A DNA stretch of 64,000 bases from Octopus vulgaris (taxonomy: Eukaryota). The translations under genes and the position numbers were made by a program. The notes under the pieces are model-generated. The model saw only the letters and a program-made list of their open reading frames with translations, searched no databases and was not told the DNA's origin. The stretch spans positions 65,968,001-66,032,000 of the forward strand of contig OX597832.1 of the NCBI GenBank assembly GCA_951406725.2, read 5' to 3'. Position 1 is the first letter of the stretch, and each line of letters begins with the position of its first letter. Positions 40,751 to 55,427 of this stretch are shown in pieces.

Positions 40751-41795
40751 TTATATATGTGTGTGGGGGGCGGGCGATTAACGAAAGCCTCAATTTCTGG
40801 AGCCCTTGCTCTGTTCTTAACGACTCTAATACATGGTTTCCGTTTCGTTGCCAAGTTAAAACTAATTTCTTTCATTGAAACCTCTAATGCATTTGCAAAT
40901 TGATACCTTATTTTGCTGACGACATCATGCAAGATGGCTGATGTACCACATCACCGAATAATTATAGGAAATGCATGGCATTCTTCCATTATATTCGTTG
41001 AAAGCTAATATTAAGAGCAGCATAGCACATTTTAGCTGTTAAACAACGAAGGATTAATGGGATGATGTTTAGGCATATTGAGTCACATTTTTTACTCTTT
41101 TATTAAGGTCTGTCTTTCTATCAAATATAGATTACAACTGCCCTGAAACAATGACGGCGACACATGGCATTAATTAGAGGATGTGTGTGAAAGTATTCTA
41201 TCATTAGAAATTTCAAATTTAATAGCACCTTCACTTCGTTGCTAATCATTCAAGATCTTATATATCATTCTAATGTGTGACCTAAACATATAAAGCTGAG
41301 CTAATTTACACTTTTGGAATTATCACAAAAACAAGTAGGCACGCCTTCTCAAATGCCGCACGTGTTATTATCATCTGATATGTATATATATATATATATA
41401 TAAATTGAGGTAGGGGCTGTGAGTGCAACCCACCATGGGATAACAAATATCCAATATATTGCCAGTACAGCACCCAACAAAGTTAATACATAAAGTTAAG
41501 AATTGCGAAGCAATTAATTCATTTATTGTATTATATGGGCAAAGGTAAAATGTTTTACCACAAATTAATAATACAAAATAAGAAAATGGAGAAATACACC
41601 TTAATCAATAATCAACTACCAGATAATACCCAATCACATACTTTATTAACCCACTACATATGAACATCAAGGTCAAACATAATAGTATAGAACAAATCAA
41701 TGCGCATCAATGAGTAATATGATACAATAAGTACAATATATAAGTACAATATGTATAAGTGAATATAAAAAAATATAAATATAAATATAAACTAC

Positions 41796-41922
41796 ATCTT
41801 ACAGCTGTTTCAGTCATGCAGATATGGGTATCTCATTATGCTCATATTAACCAGGTGTGATAAGTTAATATGTGGTTATAAATGAGACACTTACAAAAAA
41901 ATCCCAAGGCCTCTTCAGAGAT
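41796..41922 (-). ncRNA. Hammerhead with ~100-nt extended helix II (family H6)
   Basis: AUCU-CUGAAGA-GGCC..long hairpin..GACU-GAAA-CAGCUG-UA-AGAU; inner stems GUGUCUCAUU/AAUGAGAUAC and CAUAUUAAC/GUUAAUAUG. Confidence 0.7.
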
Positions 41923-43096
41923 TATAAAGTACAAACTAAACTAAATATGAATATCAGAGGAGGTACACCCATACAAGAGTGGGTAATACCCATAATATAT
42001 AATATACACATATATATGAGTGCATATACCCATACACCTATATATATATATTCACATATACATAATAATATACAACAATATACATACATATGTTCTATAT
42101 TCAAGGTTATAGTTGGTCAAAACAATATATTAGAATATTACAATATACAAACATACATATATCTATATTCAAATGCACATATACAAAGTCAAGAGGTCAT
42201 TATATTAAGTTACAAAATGCCATTAATATTACCATCATTATTATTACCATTACCACCATTGCTACTAATATTAATATTATTATTATTAATAACAACAATA
42301 CCAGCAAAACAATATATGCATCACGCGGTTCACAGTATCGACATCACGATATATTGGAATAACAATATAATAGCAACAGCAACAATAATAACAATACAGT
42401 ACAATGCAAAACATTATAAATCGGCAAATACATATAAAAGGAAAAATATTGATTTACATCATAGCAAAGTCTACATGTGTTCAAGCATATAAACGCATGC
42501 TAGCCATAGTTTTTGACGGTGATATGTATAAAGTATTATGTTTAGAGATAGTTTAAGATCGAAAGCTCAATATGATTGGCTGGCACATTCGAATTTCAAT
42601 TGTCTTCGTTACGGTTGGTTTGTTAAGAAATACCTACATACACACGTATATGTGCGCTTACACATATATATATGGATATCAACATATAAGAAATATAAGC
42701 TTACATACACACATACATGCTTACATACATAACTACTCATAAATATATAAATATGTAAACAAACATAACTATCCATAAATATATAAATATGTAAACAAAC
42801 ACATACACCCGAAAGTAGACACATACACATATATGTATATATGTACATACACATACATACTGTTAACTAAAATAGTATTAAGAATCATAAAATTAGGGTA
42901 ATATTAAATGTTAATACACCGAAAGGGTTGAAAGGGTAATTCGTAATACAGGTTTTACCATAACTAATATAAAGACGATGTACTTTATTAGCATAAGATA
43001 CATAATTAAAAATTACACCGCATAATTCGTAAACATTCATAGTGCTATGAAACCTTCCAAATAACCACAATTTCAAATGTGTTCCCACTCAAACCT

Positions 43097-43785
43097 CCGC
43101 TAATAAACATGCACAGGCATGGGAAAACTGCACCAACATATATATACACACACACACACACGCACACAGCTGTATACATATATACACTCCCATGCACACC
43201 CACACACACACCGCTAATAAACATGCACAGGAATGGGAAAACTGCACCAACATATATACACACACACACACGCACACAGCTATATACATATATACACTCC
43301 CATGCACACCCACACACACACCACTAATAAACATGCACAGGCATGGGAAAAGTGCACCAACATATATACACACACACACGCACACAGCTATATACATATA
43401 TACACTCCCATGCACACCCACACACACACCGCTAATAAACATGCACAGGCATGGGAAAACTGCACCAACATATATATACACACACACACACACGCACACA
43501 GCTATATACATATATACACTCCCATGCACACCCACACACACACCGCTAATAAACATGCACAGGCATGGGAAAACTGCACCAACATATATACACACACACA
43601 CACACACACACGCACACAGCTATATACATATATACACTCCCATGCACACCCACACACACACACCGCTAATAAACATGCACAGGCATGGGAAAACTGCACC
43701 AACATATATATACACACACACACACGCACACAGCTATATACATATATACACTCCCATGCACACCCACACACACACCCGCACACCA
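43097..43785. repeat. Minisatellite, six units of 108-120 bp
   Basis: Unit ccgctaataaacatgcacaggcatgggaaaactgcaccaac.. starts at ~43097, 43211, 43321, 43429, 43543 and 43663. Confidence 0.95.
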
Positions 43786-45804
43786 CAATATACATATATA
43801 CACTAGCGCAAAATCACCCGTAAAAGCATGAATATACATATAAACGTACGCAAATACACATACAGATAGAATTACAATATACATACAAAGGCCATATATA
43901 TACAGGTGTGGAAAACTACACCAAATTGTATCCGCAAACATTTGTATACACATACATACACACTCATATATATATTCATATATATAAAAAAAACATATAC
44001 ACACATATCTACCCATTAATATATATATATACATATGAATATACACATGAACATATGTAGACATACTCACATACACGTTCGAAATTACAGATATGTCTGC
44101 CCACAGCTTTGCATATACATACATTCATGCATAACCAAACAACAGAACATATAAACACATATACAATATATGTTAACAGAAATTATTATTAAATATAAAA
44201 CGTAAGATATAAAGTAATTATAAATTAAATTAATTATAAATTAATAGGTGCCAGTAACTAAAAAAATAAATAATAAATAAAATAATAATAATCATAATAA
44301 TAAAGAAGAAAAAAACAAATATAGATGTATATAAAGAGAACTTAGTATATAAGACTGCCAAACAAATACATGGGAAGGCTTACAAGGAAGATATATATAC
44401 ATACATATACAATCACATATATCCACATAAGTATACACATGCATGTGTAGACCAACACATACACCTACACATAAACATATAGATAAACATATTTATACAT
44501 ATACATACACATACACACAAAATATAAGTAAATATATATATATATACTTATGCAAAATAAACACCGTATACTAAAGATAGACCCAAACTAGTTACGTATC
44601 AGTCCCAAACCAACAGCCTAAGATATGATGCGTGTATACGCCCGACACCAATGGTAAATTCCATGAAGATCAAAATAGCATATATATATCAGAATATACA
44701 TATATATTTCAATATATTTTCAAGCCGAGACAAAAACAATCAATACAGACCATATATGTGGAGATATAAAATTATAAATCATAATGTCTAAGAGCATAAT
44801 CCTATATAGAAAAATTTAAAAAATTACTGAAAGAAAACTAGGTGCTACTTAAATCTAGAGAAGGTATACGCTAGTCGGTGAAGGCAAAATATTCGCTCAT
44901 TAATATTATTAATAATGGGTAGGCTAGCTTTGATGTTGAAGAAAATTTCAATGATACATAAAGAGCATTTTTTATTTCTATTATTATATACTGGTGCGGA
45001 AGTGAGTATTTTCCAATTTAAGTCAAAATCTATATTTTTGCTCTTAAGTTCCCAAATATAAGTACTTAACCCCGTAGAATTCATCCTATTTTTATTTTTA
45101 AAAGTGTATCTATGATAGTTTAGTCGTTGTTTCATACTATTTTTAGTCGCACCAATATACTCCCTACTATCATGTTGTGTATTCACAATGCATTGATAAA
45201 CCACCCCTTTCCTCAGGCATTCATTATTGAATACGCATTTATCTCTGTTTCTTCAATTGCAGCTACTATCCGATTGAGGAAATATAACCTTGCCATAATT
45301 CACTGCATCCCTATTATTATTAATAGTGTTACCCTCATTTTCGCTACTTAAGTGAGAAAGAGAGAGAGTGAGATAGATGGATGTATATATAGAATATATA
45401 TATATATATTTCTATTTTAGGGCCTTATAATTTAACACACTCACCATTAAGATTACGGTTAGAGTCAGTTTACAAAAATAAAAAAGAAGTAAGTAAAAAT
45501 TTTTCCGGTGAGTGTGTTAAATTATAAGGAACCAAAAGAGAATGACGCTCCACAGACACAACAGTGTATATATATATATATATTAATAAGCAAAAATAAA
45601 TCTCTGAACGATGTATAAACAGTAGCTGCACGACAACGGGAAGTATAATTGCCACTTAAATGTGGTTAACTCTAAGGTTGGATGCTACTGTAGCTTGTAG
45701 CCCTAGGGGAACATCTTCTCCAGCTGGCTATTGACACGCTTTCTGTACCCTATCAGTATTTGCAAAGGGACGCCATCCCTCCCATCGTCGACCTGACGTA
45801 ATAC

Positions 45805-45847
45805 GCACGGACCCGAGTTTCTGGGTATTTACGCGTCGTCAGCGCAC
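45805..45847 (-). ncRNA. Hammerhead motif with decayed helix II (family H10)
   Basis: GUGCG-CUGACGA-CGCGUAAAUACCCA-GAAA-CUCGGG-UC-CGUGC. Confidence 0.55.
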
Positions 45848-46584
45848 GACAATCATCAGTCTTCGATGCGAAGGGGTCCCAATGCAAACACATATATCCC
45901 TTTTCCAGTAAAAAAAAATTCACTGATCTCGAAAAAGTGTAAACAAGCAATAATAAATCTCTGCACGAGCTTTCACTTTTTGGATTATGCTAAGTTTTAG
46001 AGTATCATAGTTAATATGTTCGCCTCCACTGTTTCCAGGTTTTAGAATTGCTTTGCATTCCCTCCCGTTCATATTTGGTTTGGTGCATTTTATTCATTAT
46101 TATACATTCCTACAGTTTGGGTTTGTTCCCTTTTTAGTTTACTTCTTTTATGTTGGTCATGTTACGTCTGTCTTCATATTATACAGTCCCAGTGCTTATG
46201 ATATAATTTGGCATTGCTGTTTGGTTACTATCTACGTTTTCCAGATGTAATTTTTTCTTTTAAGCTTTCTATTTGTTTCTGATATTATATTTTTTTTGTT
46301 TTCAGAATATATCTCCGTATCTTAACTAGTTTATTTTGGTTCATTGCTAAAGCCATATCTTTATGTAGGCTATTTTCCCTCCAGATTTTATATGTATATG
46401 TTGTTGAGTTTTTGTTCTGTAAGTAGAATAATGCTGTAAAATAAGCGAGAATAATTGGAATATATCCCTCAGGTGTCCGTTTATGCGTTTTTATTTTATT
46501 TGCGTGATATGAGGAATAACGTCCGGCCTTTTATTTTGGTGGTCATCATTTTCGTAGGGTACCGGTCCGTTCATTTCCGGTATA

Positions 46585-46732
46585 AGATTATAAGGTGCTT
46601 CTAAAATTTTCAGATGTTTTTTATCAGATTGGGTGGTATTGAACCCAATGCTAAGATGACAATAGGGATAAACTTTAAGTCTGACTCTCGTACCTTTTCA
46701 AATTTTAGCGATCTCAATTCTCAGGTCTTTAC
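46585..46732 (-). mobile_element. R4/Dong-type RLE fragment
   Basis: KDLRIEIAKI*..LKFIPIVILALGSIPPNL; its 5' end abuts the (TTA)n tract. Confidence 0.7.
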
Positions 46733-46739
46733 ACTTATC

Positions 46740-47334
<595 letters not shown>

Positions 47335-47678
47335 AGTGTTTGTTTATTCTGAAACTTATTTGATCCATTTTAATTTTGGGAATGAAGGGTTAAACAAGCA
47401 TTAACAGCAGGTACAGAAAACAGGAAATGCAATGATAATGATCCTCCAAGTACAAACCAATGTTTTTAGCTTTGAATCTCGACACGATACTTTATCGATT
47501 CTAGACTTTCGAATGTCATTTTGGTACAAGTTTTATTTCTTTTGCTCGTTATATTTGTACGCATTTTGTGTGACTTTCAGGTAATTTGTGTTTTATATTT
47601 CGGAGAAATGATAGCTTGCAAGATCCTTAAATATACTTCATTGATTTATAATAACTCCGCTAAAACTATTTTACTACA

Positions 47679-47728
<50 letters not shown>

Positions 47729-47874
47729 AACAACTACTACCACTACTACTACTACTATTACTAATACTAATAATAATACTAATATAACTACTACTACTAG
47801 TACGACTACTACTACTACTACTACCTCCACCACCACCACCTCCACAACAACAACAACAACAACTACTACTACTC

Positions 47875-47963
<89 letters not shown>

Positions 47964-49112
47964 AAGAAGAAGAAGGGGAGGACGAATTTTTTTCTGAATA
48001 GAAGACAATTCTAAATTTTTATGGGCGACTAAGCTCAGGGCTGAATGAGTTCAGGGGCAAATGAGTTCAGGGGTGAAATAGTGCTCTGCATAACTTTGTA
48101 ACGCCACATTAATTTTTGAGTCCCTATCCAACTGAAATGGGACTTTTGAAATATGATATGCTTAGTGGGCTCATAAATAAACTGTAAGTAATATATTTCA
48201 TCGATTGAATCTACTGTTCTCCCCTAACACACATTTCGAAAATTATATTTATTTTATAAACCGTTATTTTTACCATGATAATAAAATTCTAATAAAAGCG
48301 TAACAGTTAACCAAGTTGCATATATTTCTAGTCCAAATTATTCATAATTTAACCAAGTGAGAACTTAGCACCGTAAGTCAAAAATTGTACATCTTCATTT
48401 CTTTCAATTAATTTTGTAGGAAAACGTAAGAGTATGAAAACACGTCTTTACTTCTCTACGCAATGTACTCGCCTCAAAATTCCAATCCCACTTTTTACGT
48501 TTAAGCGGGAAGAATTTCAATTTTAAACATATCATTACAATTTATATGTCCTACGAATTACAATTCATTTCGAGTAATTGACAATACAACATGTACTGGC
48601 GTAGATTTATATCGCATTACATTATTAAAATAGAAATAGAGGCACCATTAAATATGAGATTATTGTAGCAGAACGAACCAATCGATATGATATTTCGAAT
48701 TAAAGGAGCGGTGAAGAGGTTCAGGTGAAATGAGTACAGTGACTTATATACGATGGTTGAGTGAGTACATATGCATCTATATATATACGTATATATGTAT
48801 GTATGCATATATGTATATTTATTTAGGTAGTTGTGTATGTATGTATATATGCATGTATATATATATATGTGTGTGTGTGTATGCAAGGATATACGTATGC
48901 ATGTATATTTGTATTTATGTATGCATATATGCATGCATGTCTGTTTGTATGTATATCTCTCTACATGTCTGTCTATTTTGATGTACGTTTTCCTACTTTT
49001 AGTTTACTCCAATTTCTCACCATTGGGAAACGCAGCTTTTCTCACTCTCAAATCGGACTCGTTCAATGTAATTTACACATCATCAAGCTAGATGATATAT
49101 ATATATATATAC

Positions 49113-49895
49113 TCAATTAATCAATTTAGGGTAGTAAAAAATTCGATAGAAATTTATCACTACCAGCGGCCCAGTGGAAAAGAAAAATAGTCATGAGACT
49201 AAAATGTAAATATAACAATTTAGGAATGGCCTTAACAGGTCATTCGTCCACTAGACAGAGCAGCCATAACTCCAACCGCCATGTAATTCGGAAATAGGTG
49301 AAAAATTAAAAACGTTTACCCTAATTCATCTTTTAGACGATGCATCGTTTCTGCGTTTTTAATGATAGACCAGCTTAATTAAATTAAATTAAGCTAATCT
49401 ACCATAGGTCACGCTTCGTCAGTAAAGAAACCTTTGGTAGAAGCAAATATACACGAGGCTATTGCATCGAAGCCTCTGGAATATCTGTCTTAAAATTTTC
49501 GAAGACCAGCGCAATCGCGCCAACCTTATCAGCAGCAAATATAAACTGCCGATTCAATCTCAGAATTAGTCAGAAAATAATCAATTAATCAATTTAGGGT
49601 AGTAAAAAATTCGATAGAAATTTATCACTACCAGCGGCCCAGTGGAAAAGAAAAATAGTCATGAGACTAAAATGTAAATTTACTGACGAAGCGTGACCTA
49701 TGGTAGATTAGCTTAATTTAATTTAATTAAGCTGGTCTATCATTAAAAACGCAGAAACGATGCATCATCTAAAAGATGAATTAGGGTAAACGTTTTTAAT
49801 TTTTCACCTATTTCCGAATTACATGGCGGTTGGAGTTATGGCTGCTCTGTCTAGTGGACGAATGGCCTTTTAAGGCCATTCCTAAATTGTTATAT
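49113..49895. mobile_element. Complex PLE-end insertion, A-B'-C-A-B
   Basis: A = 49113-49211 = 49581-49679 (direct, 99 bp); B' 49210-49426 is the reverse complement of B 49679-49895; flanked by (TA)n. Confidence 0.85.
49332..49426 (-). ncRNA. Hammerhead with extended helix II and canonical core (family H7); second copy at 49679-49773 (+)
   Basis: UUUA-CUGACGA-A-GCGU..AUGGUAGAUUAGCUUAAUU/AAUUAAGCUGGUCUAUCAU..ACGC-A-GAAA-CGAUGCAUCG-UC-UAAA. Confidence 0.8.
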
Positions 49896-49942
49896 ATATA
49901 TATTCATTTATTTATTACGGAGTGCTCCTTTAAGAAGGGTGA

Positions 49943-50320
49943 AGGCGCGTGGCTTAGTTGTGAGAGTATTCGACTCATGATCGTAAGGTCGTGAGTTCGA
50001 TTCCCGGCTGCGCTTTGTGTGCTTGAGCAAGACACTTTATTCAACGTTGCTCCAATCCACATTAAGTGTACGCTTGTCTGTGGAGTGCTCAGCCACTTGC
50101 ACGTTAATTTCACGAGCAAGCTGTTCCGTTGATCGTATCTGCTGGGACCCTCCTCGTCGTTACCGAGGGAGAGTTCCTTAATATATATATATAGGCATGT
50201 ATGCTTATATGCCCGGCTGCTTGTCTTCAATAAGCAACCGAGCCTGACTTGTGTGTAGGAGGCAAATATTCTAGGCGCAATTTCATGGTCATTTATGACC
50301 GAAGAGCGCCTTTACCCCTT
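49943..50320 (+). mobile_element. tRNA-derived SINE, family C
   Basis: A-box-like TGGCTTAGTTG, B-box GAGTTCGATTCC, then ttgagcaagacactttat. Confidence 0.75.
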
Positions 50321-50782
50321 TAAATTCCTCAAATATGATAAGTAAATCAAAATATACACCATCTTCATTTAATGTTTTCAGAATAATCATTTTGTGATCT
50401 TATTTTCTTCCAAAAATTCTTTCCAACCGAATACGCACCTCCATGAGCTAATGACCCAAGTAGTTTACAAAGCATTGTCTCTATATAAAATTTCGCACTT
50501 TTCTGCTATTGCAAATATTTCCATGAATAATCTAAATGTAGGGAAAAATATAATGAGAAATAAAAATGAAGAAAGCATATATATTTATATAAGAAATGTG
50601 GAACCAAAGAGCAGCAGTGAACATAGAAGTTATTTCATTGTTCGAGAGAGTTTGATTCGCCTTAAATGTTAGTTGGGGCGTGGAATGGTTTCCATCTGCT
50701 GCGAGTGTATATGAACGAGTATGCTTGAAGCAAATATCATTCTGGGCGTTCTTACTAATGACGAATATTAATTTATACGGTG

Positions 50783-52586
50783 TGATTGATTGATTGATTG
50801 ATTGATTGATTCTAGTTTCAGCTTATGAGCTGTGGCCATGCTGGGGCACCGCCATTTGGTGTTGCTACTTGGTTTCCCTTCATGAAGGCTTTCTAGCAAC
50901 TGCTATTTGGTGCATGAGAGAGTTCGATGCAGCTGCCCTCATCTGCCCCTCCTGCCGTGAAGTTGGTTCATCTGGGACACCTGACAGAAAGAGATCCAGC
51001 TTCATTTTAAAGACATCTGTATCCACCCCATGCAGGTCTCTCAGGTTCTTCGGGAGGATATTGAAGAGCTGTGGGCCTCGGAAGCCCAGGCTATCACAGA
51101 ATCTTGTCCTACATCTTGATGGCAAGTTTGGAGTCCTAGGCACCACGCAGTGGCGCCCAGTTCTGGCATTTGCGTAACTCTCGATGCCAAAGTTCAGGAC
51201 ACTTCCTCCAGGATCTTCCAGATGTATATTATGGCATATCTTTCCCGCCTACGCTCCAGGGAATATAATTTTAATCTCTTGAGTCTTTCCCAGTAGCTTA
51301 CATTCTGCATAGAGGCTATCTTCTTCGTGTAGCTACGTTGGATCGCCTCGAGCTCTGTGATCAACTTGACACTGGATGGTGACCATAACTGAGAGCAGTA
51401 GTCAAAGTGGCTTAGGACAAGTGTCCTCCAGAGGACCATCATGGTTTCTTGTTCTCTTGTTCTAAAGGTTCTGAGGATCCATCCGGCCAGTCGTCTACAT
51501 TTCATTGCCAATTTAGCAACATGTACACGAAAGGTCGCGTCATCACTCATGTAAATACCTCCGGGTCCAGTGTATTCATTGGGTATTGCATTTAGTTTTG
51601 CATGCTGATAGTATAGAGCTTGAAACTTTTCAGCATTGAACTGCATGCTATTCTTTTCGGCCCACTTGTATATTTTGTCTAGCTCACATTGCAGGTGTTT
51701 AGTGTCCTCATGGTTCTGTATTGCCTGTGAAACTTTTGTATCATCTGCATAACTTGTGATCGTGGCTCTCTGCGTGGCTGAGGGCATGTCTGAGAGGGCC
51801 ATTATGAACAGTAGTGGTCCCAGAACAGTGCCCTGCGGAACACCGCTCACTATTTGCGTGTTAATGGAAGTGGCCCCATTGGCCACTACCACCTGACTTC
51901 TATCTTTCAGAAAGTCATGAAGCCATTCTCCCAGTTTTCCAACTATGTTGCGATCACGCAGTTTGTGACATATCATTCCATGATCGACTTTATCAAAGGC
52001 CTTTGCAAAGTCGAGATATATCACTTCCACATTTGAGTGGTTGAGCAGCCGTTTCAGCACCCAGTCATAGTGTTGTAGGAGCTGAGTTAAACAGCTTCTC
52101 CCTGGTCGGAAACCATGTTGGGTGTCGGGCAGCAAGTCATTTTCTTCAAGGAAGGTGATCAGCTTCCTTCTGACTATTCGTTCCATGACCTTGCTGATGT
52201 GTGAGGTCAGAGAGATAGGTCTATAGTTCTTGGCTTCTGCTCTGCTACCTCCTTTATGAATGGGGCATATTTTACCTTCCTTCAGTTTTCTTGGAAGTTT
52301 GCCAGCTGCAAGGAAGCTCTGAAAGAGGAACTGCAGTGGTCTTGCTAGGACTCTCTTACATGCTTTTAGGAGGATTGCCGGGAATCCATCGTGGCCAGTA
52401 GCTGAGTCTGTTTTCATTTCATCTATAGCCTTGATTACATCGTCTTCCTTTATATCGATGTAATCTATCGTCGCCGCCTCTGATTTTATATCTGCAGTGG
52501 TAAAAAAGTCAGTTGGATTGGTGATTTGGAGATGCCGAAGGGGTGGAGTGAAAACACTCTTGAATTGCTCATTCAGTATTTCACTT
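50783..52586 (-). mobile_element. CR1-group LINE, 5'-truncated, with (CAAT)n tail
   Basis: RT ORF, ~70-bp 3' UTR and terminal (CAAT)n (gatt repeats at 50783-50810). Confidence 0.9.
50880..52586 (-). pseudogene. LINE ORF2 reverse transcriptase, C-terminal part
   Basis: NYRPISLTS, QHGFRPGRSC, YLDFAKAFDKVDH, SGVPQGTVLGPLLF, YADDTK, YWERLKRLKLYSLERRRER; frameshift near 51195. Confidence 0.92.
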
Positions 52587-53062
52587 GACTCATAAATATG
52601 AACAACGAAACAATATATTTTGTTTTCATGTTCATGACTGGATTCCTATTAGCTTAATTCCCTTTCTGATATACATACACAGGTACCAACATTCAGACAC
52701 TCATATAAATACAAGTACCCACATATATACACACTTAACTATATATATATACATGTACACGATACTTTTTGATCTCTTTTTACCTCTTTCAGTCAGTTGA
52801 TGGCAGTCATGCTGTAGCACCGCCTTTGGTCGAGCAACTCGTCCCCAGGACTCATTCGTTGTAAACCTAGTCTATAGTTCTCTTTTCCAGAAAAACCCTT
52901 CTACAAGGTAAGTAAATACACCAGCTTCAGTTGCCAAGTGATGTTGGGGCGACAAACACACACACACATACACACACACGCAGCAAGACTATCTGCATAT
53001 TGGCATAAGTATACCTTTGTATAAGTTTGTGTGTGCATTGTGTGTGCGTGTATATATATATA

Positions 53063-53435
53063 AGCCATGTGGTATGAAGCTGGCTTCCCAACCACATGGC
53101 TCTGGGCTCAGTCCCACTGCGTGCCACCTTCAGCAAGTGTCTTGTACTATAGCCTTGATTCGACCAAAGACTTGTGAGTTGATTTAGTAGACAGAAACTA
53201 AAAGAAGACATCGTTTATATATATGTATACATGCATTAGTGCGTATGTATCTGTGTGTCTCCCCCTCACCATCACTTGGCACCAGATATGGGTGTGTTCA
53301 CGTCCCCGTAAGTTAGAGGTTCAGAAAAAGAGACCGATAGATATACTAGGCTTACAGAATACGTTCTGGTGTTAAATTGTTCGAGGAAAAGGGATGCTCC
53401 AGCATGGTCGAAGACAAATGACTGAAAGAAGTAAA
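53063..53435 (+). mobile_element. SINE family B
   Basis: gcttcccaaccacatggctctgggctcagtcccactgcgtgccacctt..tail agagaccgatag..gctccagcatgg. Confidence 0.8.
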
Positions 53436-53523
53436 ATAATTAAAGAATACACACATGTGTTCGCACACACACGCACACACAAATATATATATATAGAAAT
53501 ATATATATATATATATATATATA

Positions 53524-53630
<107 letters not shown>

Positions 53631-54665
53631 TGTTTGCACTTCGTGCGTAAATGAAGGAAATAGATGTTTAAAATATGTAGATAGGTAAGGGTATTAATAT
53701 ATCTTGGCATAGAACTCAATAAACAATGCATATATTAACAACTACTCACACGAAACGCACATAAATAAACTAATATACTAAGATAGGTCTTTGTATATAT
53801 TTATTGTTAGATCTACGTTGCCAAATAGCAAATACATAAATAAATTTAAAAATACGAAAAATCCTCAGCGAAATAGTATAGAAATTTCTGTCATTCGCAA
53901 TAGGCATGATTGATGAAAGGTTTAAACTATTAAGACATATCATGCGATGGTACTCGACGAATATGTTTCGCTGTGTATTAGTGATTGGGTGTATTAGTGA
54001 TTCATTTATTTATGGTTTGTAAATTTTTGCATTTCCTTTCATGACTCCCTACAATTTTTTCTTGAGGAGTTCAGTATGAACGCATAGTGCACGGTAAGTT
54101 ATTAATATATTTTCAGAACTATTTATTTCTATCATACACCGATATCGTAAAAAGATGAATTTATTTTAGAGCGCTATGTTCGGTAAGATGACAATATATG
54201 TAGGTGTCTGTGTGTCTATGTGCGTGTGAAGACATGGAGAAAAGTTTTCTTTTTTAAATTAAATATTTGTTTAGAAGAAATTATTAAAAAACAATTATAT
54301 CTATTCACTGTTTACAGATTCTCCAAAACACGTACTTTGAAGAATTCTAACAGAAATAGTAGCGAATTCACCAATTCAAATTTTTATTATAATTCTTGTT
54401 GTGAATTTCCAAGATTTTACCACTTTTATCCTTGAGGCATTTTTGACTCTACACAATATTTCAAATCCGTAATTGAGATATCGATCATGTATGTATGTTT
54501 TCTCACAGTCTGTTCTTGTGATAATTTTCATTTACCTCCTGAATATATTTCTTTTTCAACAAATACCCAACAGAATTAATTTTTCGATGTAGTTATATAA
54601 GATATGATACAAAGATGACTAATTTAATCGAATACAAATTCTGCTGCATATAAATGATTTGTATA

Positions 54666-54830
54666 GGCGCAAAAGTGACTTTGTGGTAAGTAGCTTGCTT
54701 ACCAACCACATGGTTCCAAGTTTAGTCACACTGCGTGGCACCTTGGGCAAGTGTTTTCTGCTATAATCTTGGGCCCATCTATGCCTGTGAGTGGACTTGG
54801 TAGATGGAAACTGAAAGAAGCCCGACATAG
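54666..54830 (+). mobile_element. SINE family B, 5' half
   Basis: ggcgcaaaagtgactttgtggtaagtagcttgcttaccaaccacatggttcc..cactgcgtggcaccttgggcaagtg. Confidence 0.8.
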
Positions 54831-55427
54831 CGACAAGCGGGTCAGCAATGTACATCTGGAAAGCTCATCATCCGCTGTTCGATGACTGTCGTTTGTTCCC
54901 TATGAATATTGCGTTTTTTTTTTCTATTTAAACACCACATATTCATGAGTTGTTATATACGGATAAATCAGTAAATCTGCTTTACGAATTATTGAAGTTA
55001 GATGAATTGGTGCATCAAAAGCCTCCCGGTTGAAGTTTAGTAAGATAACAGGGTAGATTAGTACATTAGCTCGGGAAGAATATAAGAAGTAGGTTAAAAT
55101 GAAATATAAAAGGATTAGATACAATAAAGTGGGGAAATGAAAGAAAATAAAAAGAAGTGAAACGTTATTGACTATAATAAACGTAATAGATCAGAATGAG
55201 GTTTAATTTTGCCTATCTGGTTGGAGGCTATAATTTGTTGTTTTAAAGATCATGGATATAATAGCTTTAAAGGTTCGTGGATGTAAATATTTTAGAAGTT
55301 TTAAGGGTTTAAAGATTTGAAAATGCTTTAGAAAGGATGCATAAATGTGGGGTTAAACGTGAATAGGTAGGGAGACGGAGAGACGCAGATACACGGATCG
55401 ATAGACAAGATGACCAATCGGTATATA

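Larger units (their letters stand above)
41400..45350 (-). mobile_element. 5'-truncated PLE with long low-complexity 3' region
   Basis: GIY-YIG at 44845-45204 (VYQCIV..EYIGAT..KQRLNYH..TGLSTYIWELK..CSLCIIE..CLH), minisatellite, same-strand hammerhead at 41796-41922, (TA)n at the end; continuity as a single element is inferred. Confidence 0.6.

Noticed and set aside
43097-43785. CRISPR-like periodicity
   Set aside because: Whole units repeat with no unique spacers, there are no cas genes, and the context is eukaryotic
48030-48080. Three ~15-bp repeats (gagttcagggg..aat)
   Set aside because: Could be a DNA-transposon subterminal remnant, but no partner end was found
49943-50010. tRNA gene
   Set aside because: A/B-box-like motifs are present but no complete cloverleaf, and it continues into a SINE body
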